Below are positions 52,545-64,000 of a stretch of 64,000 nucleotides of DNA, piece by piece. Origin of the DNA: Leucoraja erinacea (Eukaryota); contig NC_073380.1 of assembly GCF_028641065.1 (NCBI RefSeq), forward strand, positions 65,906,001 to 65,970,000, given 5' to 3'. A program made the position numbers and the translations under genes. The number at the start of each line of letters is the position of its first letter. The first letter of the stretch is position 1. The notes under the pieces were generated by a model, which saw nothing but the letters and a program-made list of their open reading frames with translations, ran no database searches and was not told where the DNA came from.

Positions 52545-53540
52545 GAGCCTAATCGATAAAGAGCTGAGAAGAGGAATCGGAGCTGCCAAGGAAAGGTACT
52601 CTGAGAAGTTGAGGAGCAAGTTGTCAGCTAGTGACTCTTCTTCAGTTTGGACGGGCATGCAAGAAATCACCAGCTATAAGAGGAAAGACCCCCGCTCTTT
52701 GGACAATAGTCAGCTTACGAACTACCTGAATGAGTATTACTGCAGGTTTGAAAATCAGAAACGTAACCCTGGTACCCCTTCCCCAACAAACACAGCCAGA
52801 CCCCAGTCTGCAAAGAATGGACCCTGCACCCTCTCCTGCCCATTCACCACCTCACACCTACTTAAGGCAAGACTCCAGTAATGAAAAGAGTAGACCCTTT
52901 CCCACCCCCACCAACACTTCACATCCAATTACTCATTTTTAACCAGTCCCTGCAAAGATGCACTGTCCCTGCCTGCTTCAAAGTCTCCACTATTGTCCCC
53001 GTACCCAAAAAGGTAAGGATTACTGGTCTTAACAACTACAGGCTTGTCACACTGACCTCTGTAGTCATGGAGACCGTTGAAAGGCTTGTGCTGGCCAAGC
53101 TGAAAAATATCACAATCCCTCAGCTGGACCCTCTGCATTTTGCATATTGGGCCAATAGATCTGTGGATGATGCAGTCAATCTGGGCCTACACTTCATCCT
53201 CCAGCACCTAGACCGCCAGGGGACCTATGCGAGGATTTTGTTTCTTGATTTTAGTTCTGCATTCAACACCATTGTGCCAGAGCTACTACGCTCCAAATTT
53301 CTAAGTTGACTGTGCTTGAACCCCTCTGTCGGTGGATCACCAGCTTCCTGACAGACAGGAAGCAGCTTGTGAGACGGGAAAGCATATCTAGGACCCGCAA
53401 ACGCTCAGCATAGGAGCACCGCAAGATGCGTACTCTCCCCTCTCCTCTACTCTCGCCACACCACACCTCCACAGACACCTCTGTCAAGCTTCTCAAGTTT
53501 GCGGACAACACAACCCTGATTGGACTGATCCAGGATGGGG
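52545..53540 (+). mobile_element. Rex1/Babar-type LINE RT fragment
   Basis: [16 protein letters not shown]...[10 protein letters not shown]...[16 protein letters not shown]...KFADNT. Confidence 0.85.
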
Positions 53541-54730
53541 ATCTCTGTACTATTTTCAATTTGACATCTTTCCTATAACATGGTGCCCAGAACTGAACAC
53601 AATATTCTAAATGCGGTCTCACCAACGTCTTATACAACTGCAACATGACCTCCCAACTTCTATACTCAATACTCTGACTGATGAAGGCCAAAGTGCCAAA
53701 ATACGTTTTGACCACCTGATATACCTGCGACACGACCTTCAAGGAACCATGCAACCATCAACCGGTCCTCTGCCCACCTGGCTAATTGATCCAGATCCTG
53801 CTGCGATCTTTCACAACCATCTTCACTATATGCAAAACCACTCACATCTGTATCCTCAGCAAACTTGCAAATCTTGCCCTGTTCTGTGACGTTTCACAGA
53901 GTGCTGGAGTAACTCAGCGGGTCAGGCTGAGTATGGAGGTTGGGAGGTCATGTTGCAGTTGCATAAGAAGGTGGTGAGGCCGCATTCAGAGTATTGTATT
54001 CCGTTCTGGGCACCTGGGCATGTTATAGGAAAGATGTCATCAAACTGGAAAGCGTACAGTGAAGATTTACGAGGATGTTGCCAGCACTAGAGGGCCAGAG
54101 CTATAGGGAGAGGTTGAGTAGGCTGGGACTCTATTTCATGGAGCACAGGAGGATGAGGGATGATCTAATAGAGGTGTATAAAATCATGATTTGAATAGAT
54201 ACGGTTGGGTCTTTTGCCAAGAGTAGATAGGTATGTAGGGGTATGTTTTTCACACAAAGGGTGGTAGGTGTATGGAACAAGCTACCAGAAGAAGTAGTTG
54301 AGGCGGGGACTATCGCAACATTTAAGAAACAGTTAGACAGGTACATGGATAGGACAGGTTCGGAGGGATATGGATCAAACGTGGGCAGGTTGGACGTGTA
54401 GATGGGACATGCAGGGCCGAAGGGCCTGTTTCCACACTGTATCACTATGACTCTATCTATCTTTCCCTCTCAAACACATTTTCCTGCCTTCTCCCCATTA
54501 CCTCTAACACCCGTATCAATCAAGAATCTATCAATCTCCTCCTGAAAAATGTCCATTGACTTGACCTCCACAGCTGTCTGTGGCAATGAATTCCACAGTT
54601 CACCACCCTCTGACTTAAGAAATTCCTGCTCATCTCCTTCCTAAAGGGATGTCTTTTAATTCTGAGGCTGTGGCCTCTGGTCCTAGACTCTCCCACTATT
54701 GGAAACATTCTCTCCACATCCACTCCATCC
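53541..54730. mobile_element. Cluster of CR1 fragments in both orientations
   Basis: LYKTLVRPHLEYCVQFW (minus, 53541-53750), a plus-strand copy at ~53930-54455 and a minus-strand copy at ~54460-54730. Confidence 0.8.
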
Positions 54731-54989
54731 AGGTTTTTACCAGGCTGGGACAGCCTGCAACAGCTTCACACCATGTCCCAAAGCTCGTGTCCTGTCCTGC
54801 ATCACCCAAGGCAGCAGAGACATTATAGGAGAGGGCAAGCACCGTAACAAAGTAGCTCACGATGGTTTGGGTAACATTCAGGAATGTCTATGCATGCCAC
54901 ATCATGAATATTACTGAAGAACGGTCTTGACCCGAAATATAATCTGCAGAGATGCTGCCTGACTATATAGAAGAGATCTATATAGAGAA

Positions 54990-55830
54990 TATAGAAGAGA
55001 GATCGAGCAACTGTCCATATGGTGCCAGCGCAATAACCTGGCCCTCAACACCAGCAAAACCAAGGAACTGATTGTGGACTTTGGAAGGAGTAGGATGGGG
55101 ACCCACAGCTCCATTTATATCAACGGGTCGATGGTTGAAAGGGTCAAGAACTTCAAATTCCTTGGCGTGCACATTTCTGAAGATCTTTCCTGGTCTGAGA
55201 ACACTAACGCAATTATCAAAAAAGCTCATCAGCGCCTCTACTTCCTGAGAAGATTACGGAGAGTCGGATTGTCAAGGAAGACTCTCTCTAACATCTACAG
55301 GTGCACAGTCGAGAGCATACTGACCGGTTGCATCGTGGCTTGGTTCGGCAATTTGAGCGCCCTGGAGAGGAAAAGACTACAAAAAGTAGTAAACACTGCC
55401 TAGTCCATCATCGGCTCTGACCTTCCTTCCATCGAGGGGATTTATCGCAGTCACTGCCTCAAAAAGGCTGGCAGTATCATCAAAGACCCACACCATCCTG
55501 GCCACAAACTCATCTCCCTGCTACCTTCAGGTAGAAGGTACAGGAGCCTGAAGACTGCAACAACCAGGTTCAGGAATAGCTACTTCCCCACAGCCATCAG
55601 GCTATTAAATCTGGCTTGGACAAAACTCTGATTATTAATAACCACTTTCTGTTATTTGCACTTTACCAGTTTATTTATTCATGTGTGTATATATTGATAT
55701 AATGGTATATGGACACAATTATCTGTTTTGTAGTAAATGCCTACTATTTTCTGTGTGCTTAAGCAAAGCAAGAATTTCATTGTCCTATACAGGGACACAT
55801 GACAATAAACTCACTTGAATTTGAACTTGA
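54990..55830 (+). mobile_element. Rex1/Babar-type LINE 3' fragment inserted in a Penelope-type repeat
   Basis: KTKELIVDF...FKFLGVHISEDLSW...YRCTVESILTGCI; (cttgaa)n tail; tgact flanks both sides. Confidence 0.85.
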
Positions 55831-55831
55831 C

Positions 55832-55995
55832 TCACTGAGTTACTCCAGCACTCTGTGACATGTCATCTATCCATGTTCTCCAGAGATGCTGCCTGACCCG
55901 CTGAGTTACTCCAGCACTCTGTGAAACGTCGCCTATTCATATTCTCCGCAGATGCTGCCTGACCCACTGAGTTACTCCAGCACTTTGTGTCTATT
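55832..55995 (+). repeat. Tandem ~65-bp Penelope-type units
   Basis: ctgagttactccagcact...gatgctgcctgaccc repeated about 2.5 times. Confidence 0.75.
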
Positions 55996-57865
55996 TTCCC
56001 TTCACCAATCTGCCCAAGACCACTCTCCCCCCTCCTTTCCTATGTTCCTTTCCACCCATAAACCTCTCTGCCTTTACATTTCACTCCCCTTTCAAATCTG
56101 CTCTACTTACCTACATTCATTTTTCTTCTTAACCTTTTAGTCATAGTGGAAGTGTGGAAGCAAGCAGTGTGGAAACAGGCCCTTCAGCCCAACTTGCCCA
56201 CACCGACCAACATGTCCCATCTAAACTAGTCCCACTCACACGCGTTTGGCCCATATCCATCTAAATCTGTCCAATGTCCTCTAAAAACATTAATTTTATC
56301 ACTGCCCATTGAATGGAACTACACCCACCACCCTAAACATTCATCAGTAGTCAACCATCTTTGCAATACACAATGGTCACTTCTATAACACGCATTGTGA
56401 TTACTTCTTTGGGCTACTCTGAACTTCACTCAAACATAATAACACTCTCACTGAAAAGAATTAGAGCAACACTACTAATGGAAACATCATTCACAACAGA
56501 TTCCCCTTCAAATCACACACCATCCTGCTTTGGAAATAGCTTTCCAGCATCCTTGTGGATCTAAGGAAAACAAAAAATTAGCAGTGTTGAAGAATTATTG
56601 GTGCGTAAATACAATTTAGTAGTACTTATCTATCATATGTTCCATGAATTTGCCAACAATTGAGAATAAGCTGATGAAAACTTATTTGATTTGATTAAAT
56701 TTGTTTTGGGGGATAATGTTGGGGTTAATCCATTTTGTTGGGCAGGTTCATGTGTTCTACCTGCATTTAAGCAGCTTGGTTAGATCACAGTAGTTTAATA
56801 CTGCAATCAAAGTGTTCTCAGAATATATAGAACATAGAACAGGCCCTTTGGCCCAAAATGTCCAAGCTAAACATGATCTCAGGTTAAACTAATCTCTAGC
56901 TACACGTGATGCATATCCGTCCATTCCCTCCATTCTCAAGGCCCATATGCTGAATCTTGGTATCTTGTGGAATATATTGAATTTGATGAACATTGGCTCT
57001 CACGTTGGTTGACTCTGGAAGAGCAAAAGTAGATGCAGCGATGAGCATTTCTGTCCGATGATAGTTGAAAATGCTTCAGCCTTGTCCTTTTGAAAGTATG
57101 TGTTATTCTCTGCCATTGTGGAGGATGTGGATGGTTATGGAGAGTCCTCCCCCTCCTATCAGATGTATACCACCACTTTAACTTGAAAATTCAGGACAGT
57201 AGACGTTTGATTGCATCTAAAGATTGTGGGAATGCTTAACTATGTTTAGAGTATGCAGTTCCTATTGTTAACAGTGTTGTACTTCACCAGATTGGCATCA
57301 CACTTTAAGGCACATCTAATGTCTCTACACACACTGGATTGGAGTTGGTCCCTTGGCTTTGTAGTAATAATAGAGTGAGAGATACTCTGAGACATGAAAC
57401 TATGATTGGAGGCTATTCCATATACCCCGTAGATGAGTTACTTCGACCTTCTGCTTGGGTGTGTCAGAGGTTATGGGGAGAAGGCAGGAGAATGGGGTTA
57501 GTAGGGAGAGATGGATTAGCCATGATTGATGGGTCGAATGGCTTAATTCTACTCCTATCACTTATGATCTTATAATTTATTCTGAATCTATCTTCAAATA
57601 GGCCAGGACTTGGGGGATGGTCCTATGGTCTGGATTGGTCTCTAATCAGGAACATTGACTGAAATCACTGTGTAATTGCTTAACTAATCTGTCAGAAAGC
57701 TCTGCCAATTCCTACATAGTTTGCCACATTCTAGGGAGGAGGACCTTGGCAGGCCCACTTGCTGGGCACTTTTGTTGCAGTGTGGCCTGTCCTCTTCTTT
57801 TTCATTGTTTGTAGAGGGAGTTTACTATAGAGGGATATTACTATATACTGTAGAGGGATATTACT

Positions 57866-58047
57866 ATATTTAAGAGGGAGTTAGATGTGGCCCTTGTGGC
57901 TAAGGGGATCAGAGGGTACGGAGAGAAGGCAGGTACGGGATACTGAGTTGGATGATCAGCCATGATCATATTGAATGGCGGTGCAGGCTCGAAGGGCTGA
58001 ATGGCCTACTCCTGCACCTAATTTCTATGTTTCTAAGTTTCTATGTA
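57866..58047 (+). mobile_element. CR1 3' end
   Basis: Matches the reverse complement of 32677-32840; (ttctatgt)n tail. Confidence 0.85.
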
Positions 58048-59392
58048 GTGCGTAGGATTACTCATTTAGCAGGACATTTCAGAGTGCAATTATGTTTAAA
58101 TCATATTGGTGTAGGTTTGGAGTCATGTAAAGTCATGTAAGGACAATATATTGCCGTGTTTAAGGGAGAGAAGTGAACCAGGTAGATGTTTATGACAATT
58201 AATAGTTTCATCAACAATATCAACTTTTTATTCCAGAATTTTAGTTCATTTTTGGAATGTCCCTGGTTCTTTGATGAGATTTGAATTAATGTATCTGGAT
58301 CATTAATCCAAAACTCTGGACTTCCAGGCTCATTATATTATCACTGAGCTGCAATACCCATTAGCAGCACAAAATATATAGGCAGCAGTAAAAAATGATT
58401 ATGTCCTGCTCAAATGAAATATGATACTAAATAATTCACCACAGCTCCTAATAAACACCATGTTTCATTCTCCACGCAACTGACTAAAGTACAATTACTT
58501 TGCTGAAACCAGCCAGTCTTGTTTCTTGTCCCGGTAGCTGGGTGTGCAATAAATGTAGTTGGACATCTTGAAATCAGCATTGAAGACAGTAAACTTTTAT
58601 TTATCTGTACAATGTCAAAAAATCTAAATAATCATTTTCCTTTTTTCATCTGTAAAATGTGTGGCCTTGTTGTAAATTGTTTCCTTTCTCTACCCTTACA
58701 GGATTTAGGCAGGACACCTGCCCACCACTCGAACTTGGTCATGAGTCCAGATGACTTTGTAGAATTAGGTTCTTTATTTCATATCTGCCTACCAGAAGAA
58801 TACCAGCCACTCCAATGGAGTCTCATGCATCAGCAATAACAATAGCAACCATTTGAATGGGCCTGAAATAGTTAATGTAGTAAAATACCTTTCTTCCATT
58901 TGACTAATCCTTCTGCTATATTTGTGGGAGCACATCAAATGGATAAAATTCTCAATTATTTGTTGAAGTTCACTCTCTTCCCTGTAGGCCCTTATTGGCG
59001 CAGAAGATGAGATATTAAGGAATTACTTCTGCTAGTTTTACTTGACCATTTTAAATTATATTTATAGTAACAGTTAATAGAGGACCACAAGATAATTTTT
59101 GGAAATAATAATAATGTAGATATTTGGAGAGGCAAAAATGCTGGATTTATTGTCTAAGAAATGCTGTCCCCCTGAGGAAATATTATACAATAGAACTGCT
59201 TAAATGATAACTTCTGTGTGAGGAACTTATGTTAAGTTGCAAGAGAAGGACTTGGAGCTGAGGTTTTCAAAAATACATAGCCCACAAAGGAATAAAAGAC
59301 ACACACACATAGGAGAACAGATGGCTTATTATAACATGGAGATGTGGATGTAAATAGGCATAGCTTTGTTTGTTTTGAAGCAGCTATAACTC

Positions 59393-60535
59393 TGTCAGAA
59401 GTTGTATTTGGTTTAGTTTGGTGTTTAGAGTATAGGTTATTGATGGGTTTCTTCTCAAGACATGAGCATCATGTGTCCTTTCTTTATGGCACATCTTTGA
59501 GCTCAGGTGTGTCATAAAGGGGATTTATGGTTGTCTATATTGGGTCTTGGGCACCAAGGCTAGGTAATAGCCTGTGATCTGGTTTGTGCTGTTTAAATGT
59601 ATTTATGTTGAGATAAGAGATAAGGCACAGGTGATGGTTGTGTGACCTTTCTATAAGGGTGATGTCTTATGTTTATAGAAAACTGAGAAAGTAACTCTGT
59701 TTTGATAATCTTCCATTTGCTCTGTGGAATGCTATTAGTGAGAAGGCCTTACATTCCTTTCATCCAGAGATAGAAGGGGGAAGTTGTAATTAAACTAGAC
59801 TCGAGCTTGGGAAGAAGCGATTATAATTAAACAAGTGTGACAATTAGTGGCCTTTGTGTGGTTGGGGATTGTAGAAAATAACTTTGTAAGAATGGGGCAA
59901 AACTCAAATTTAATCCATAAGTAACTGTATTTTAACTATGAAGTAGGGAAATTATTTGTCAAGTGTATTGTGTTTAATTAGGATTGTGAGTATTAGACTT
60001 TGTTTAAATCTGAAGTTTTAGAAATAACTTTCTTTTCCAAAAGTGAAAATATATGTTTTGTGTGTATGTATTGTGTGATTGCTGTATGATGTGTATTTTA
60101 TATTCTGAGAGGTGTTCTCTGAGAATTAGTTTTACATTCTGTGCTTTTACTTCATTGAAATAAAATGATTTTGAGCAAAGAGGTTAAAGGAAAACACAGA
60201 GGGGGAAAAAGGTGTTGTAGAGGGGGCCAGAAAACGGGAAATCACGTGACTATACGTGTTGTCAAGGATTTGGTTGATTGGTTAATGCAAATAAGCTAAA
60301 TGTATGGTAAACCATAATGATTGGTTAATAGTTTGCCACTCCATTTGTACCGTAATTGTCCAATACCTATATAATGTGTTATGTTTGTGTCAAAGCAGTA
60401 GTTCTTTCGATCTGCCCCAGAGTTTTTAGCTATGTGTTGGAAGGTTTAAAGAATTATCCAGCGCTGTCAGAATAAAGAATCGATTTCAACAGCAAGAGTT
60501 TGAATCAAGTTTTCTTGAATTGGACTGACAAAATA
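59393..60535 (+). mobile_element. Probable solo LTR (ERV- or Gypsy-type)
   Basis: Starts tgtcag, with ctgaca at 60525-60530; (ata)actc repeated on both flanks; attgg/ccaat boxes, TATATAA at ~60368 and AATAAA at ~60471 in U3-R-U5 order. Confidence 0.6.
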
Positions 60536-62699
60536 ACTCAGTTTAACATCCCCACCTAGAAATACATGGCAAAAGGTGCAAAAGATCTCCATCAATCTCA
60601 ATCATGTGGAATGCATCATGACTTGCACATATCTTGGTATTCTTGCATCATTGAAATGTCTAAATCTCTGGTTGAGTAAATGAATTGTATAAGGTTTGCA
60701 AAATACTGGTGCATTTTGTGTTCATGCTTTTTTTTCCAGCTGAAGTTGAAATGTTTGTGGAATCTTTACAAAGCCCAGGTATAATGCTTGGTAGGGGATG
60801 GGCAGCGCTGCTGCAAATTATGGAATGTGAAACCACTTTTAAGCGAATGTTTAAATTTGTCTCTAAGGTTCTGGAAAATATTATCCCTCTACTCAGAGTT
60901 TGAATACATTCAAAATCTCAGAATGCATTGCATATCAACGGTGATAAACAAATGATTAGTTATAGTGCATAGTGACAATTATGCCCTCGTAGATGATTGG
61001 CTTAGTTTTTAAAAATGTAATTTCATGCTGCTCGGTGGAGAAACAATCTGTGTTTAAAACAAATTATAAAGTAGGGATATAAATTATAGGCTATGTGATA
61101 TCGCTGTCATGAATAATAAAGTCATGCATTAAAAAATCTAGCAAATACTATCAGAGAAAGAATTTGGGCTGCTGTTTTGCAGGAAATGTGTTATAACAGA
61201 TATATTTTTCATTCGGAATGCACAGCTTGCACAAAGAACTCTGTCCTTAATGCTTCTTGACATAATCTCATGTCGCAAATAACTGACGGAACTAAGCATT
61301 TGTGGTAAAAAAAAACCAAATTTGTATAGTTTGCTTTTACACCCTATATTTATCAAGTGTTGTGAGCATCCTTTTTTTTCTCTTGCACTTCCTTGCTTGA
61401 TTTCTGTCTTGTCACGCTCTTTGTTTTGTTTCCTTCTTGGTAGTTTTCTCTTTCTCTGCTTTCATGTGATGGTCCTGCTGTGTTTTGTAAGATAACGGTG
61501 AAATTGATAGGTGTTGTGTCCCATTGTTTGCCAGAGTGCTGTTTGTTACTTAAATTTTCCCATTCAGATATCTGGCTCATGTGTTTACTCCACATGGCTC
61601 AGGCTTCATGCTATGTGCTGACTGAGTGATACAACGTGTACTCAATAGATGGAACAAAATGCTTCATTGAATGATGTGGTGTACTTAAACCTAGCAATAT
61701 AATTCCTCACTCAATCTTACAGTGGATTTGCAAAGAAATGATATGGGAACATTATTTTTTAGCAGGGTTTCTTGGTGAGTTATGACAGCTTTATAATTGA
61801 TTTGTATCTTCCTGATAAAGAGGAAAAACAAAAGACATGCGATGTGCAAAAATGGGGCAGTGGATCTAACTTCATTGTTGTTCCTCAGAGGTAGAACAAG
61901 TATAGTGGACTGACATCTCCATTTGTATTGTCAAATTCTATGACTATTGAAAAGAGCTTCTCAACTTGATCTGAATTGAATTATTGTTTAGCTCAAGCAA
62001 TGATTGTGTTTCAGATCTGTTTATGATTGTATGTATAGATATTAACACTGAACGTAGTATTTAGCTGTGGTTTGAGAGACACACCTTTTATCCGTGGTAC
62101 TACAAATTGCCCTTCCTAAAGTAGAGGCTTCTCTATCCTTTGTATACTCATAACACTGATGCCTATTCAATATGGTGATTTTCTCAGTTGGATTCTACTC
62201 ACAAAGAAAAACATAAAATTGACCAAAGTATTTACCATCCTATTAGAAGATAGACACAAAGTGCTTGAGTAAATCAGTGGGTAGGGTAGCATCTCTGGTG
62301 AAAATGAATAGGTGACATTTTGGGTCCTATTGAGCTCATCGGCGAGGGATCCTTTGTTGCCAGTGACCCTGCCTGACTTTACTTTGTGAAGCCTTTCCAC
62401 AATAAACGTGTGTCTGTGTGGTTAGTCTCGGACACTAATATGATTTGGAATTGTCTCTTGGTTCCTTGGTTTGCAACTGTTGTACCTAGATATCCTGTAC
62501 AGGTCAGGATCACCTGGTTTGCACCACCAGGGAGTGGATCTCATGGCTCATCCATGGTTTCCGGGTGGGAAAATAGTCACAGATGTGGATCTGCAATCAC
62601 GAATTACAATCGCTCCGCTCTTTTAAATCTGTACTCTGACAACAGCATTTCTTACTTTAACTATGCTCTGCTTAATCTCCTCTCAGATCTGTCGATTCT

Positions 62700-62915
62700 C
62701 TGACGGCCAGGACTATTGGAGACCCTTGGACTATCTTTGATCGGACTTTACTGGACTTTATCTTGTATTAAACATTATTCACATTATTCCCTTTATCATG
62801 TATCTGTACACTGTGGATGGCTTGATTGTAATCATGTATTGTCTTTCCGCTGACAGGACAGCATGCAACAAAGGTTTTTCACTGTACCTCGGTGCACATG
62901 ACAATAAACTAAACT
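62700..62915 (+). mobile_element. LINE/SINE 3' end shared with 44080-44265 and 28050-28190
   Basis: tcatgtatctgtacactgtg...tttcactgtacctcggt...gacaataaactaaac. Confidence 0.7.
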
Positions 62916-63109
62916 TCTCAGATTTACTTTTTTTTCATGCACTTTTACTGATGAAGTCTGTGACAGCAATGACATATTCATTTAGGTTGGCCACAGAGTC
63001 CTTGAATATGGACCAGCTATCCAACTCAACACAGTCAGTGTAGGAGCTAATTTGTTTCCTCAAACTGGCACTGAATGACTTTCTGTACTGGATCCCCAGG
63101 TTTCAGTTC

Positions 63110-63715
63110 CTATTTTTAAGTAGGAATTTGGGGCAGAGCCAGGTGGTCAGACATTCCAAAATGTGGGTGGGGGATCGAACAGTAGGTGTCCTTTCTGGTT
63201 CTGCAGCAGTATTCAAATTGTTTGGGCTTCTGGTGGAACGAGGAACATGTTTTGGTAGTATCCTGGTTGCACACTCTTGAGGTTGGCCTGCTTGAGATGA
63301 ACAAGGCCTTGGGTATTTCTTCTCAAGGCTATTGGTAGCAGTGTATAGTATATGCTATGCAAGTTTCACATCTGCATGGCTGGGATCTAAACTGCTGTGG
63401 GGATAGCCAAGGTGAATTCCCGCTGCAGGTATAAGGGATGACACTTCACCGTTAGATACTCCAGGCCCAGGAAGCAGGAGCTTGCCAAGAGTGCCACAGT
63501 CATGCACCCTGAGATATTGATTGGAAGCAGACCCCTCTACCTTTTACCTTGCCCAAGGATTCCATATGGTACATCCGATGACCAGCCTTCAGTGTGGATG
63601 GTATAGTCACGTGAAGCAGGGGTGAGCCATTTCTCTGTAAAGCAGAGCACACAGCAGTCGCTCAATTCCCTAAGGTTGCTGAATTTCACTTTATGTTAAT
63701 GCAGATTGTTCTCAA
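63110..63715 (-). mobile_element. Decayed LINE endonuclease region
   Basis: Minus-strand remnants CCVLCFTEKWL and HFGMSDH. Confidence 0.55.
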
Positions 63716-64000
63716 TAGCTTGGATGTTTGCCAGAGGTATGCTGTGGAGTGGGGGCATGGACTAGAAACCATGCTGTTTCGTTCTCAGCTGTGGCTCAGC
63801 ATGACTCCCCCATCTCCACTTGTCTGGATGAGTATAACCAACACCACACAAAAGTTTGACTCTTTCCAAGACAAATCAGCCCACTTGATTGGCACGTAAT
63901 CTACCACCCCTGAGCCTTCAGTCCCGCCTATGTGCTGTGTCTGTGGTGAAGATAATTTACAAAATGCACTGCAGTTATATACCTAGTCTACCCCATTCGC

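Overview
Eukaryotic, repeat-rich vertebrate DNA. The V-SINE/HE1, CR1, L1 and Penelope repeat types suggest a cartilaginous fish, probably a skate or ray (inference). The only host gene I can support is junctophilin-1 (jph1) on the minus strand: coding exon 1 at 46724-46346 (379 nt, in a CpG island) and exon 2 at 21642-20883 (760 nt). I found no later exons, so they probably lie beyond position 1. The rest is intronic or upstream DNA filled with mobile elements: a near-complete DIRS1-type tyrosine-recombinase retrotransposon (36664-41478; ITRs, internal complementary region, gag, RT/RNase H, adenine-methyltransferase-like domain, open recombinase ORF), a young 5'-truncated L1 with almost intact ORF2, other L1/CR1/Rex1-type/HERO fragments, three non-autonomous DNA transposons with TIRs and TSDs, and a probable solo LTR. 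The most interesting signal is about ten short Penelope-type repeats carrying a minimal hammerhead-ribozyme core, several of them discrete 95-130 bp insertions with their own TSDs. Also notable: two locally templated insertions, an out-of-frame upstream AUG 4 nt before the jph1 start, and inverted repeats in intron 2. All family assignments come from motif recognition, not database searches, and repeat boundaries are approximate unless a TSD or TIR is quoted.
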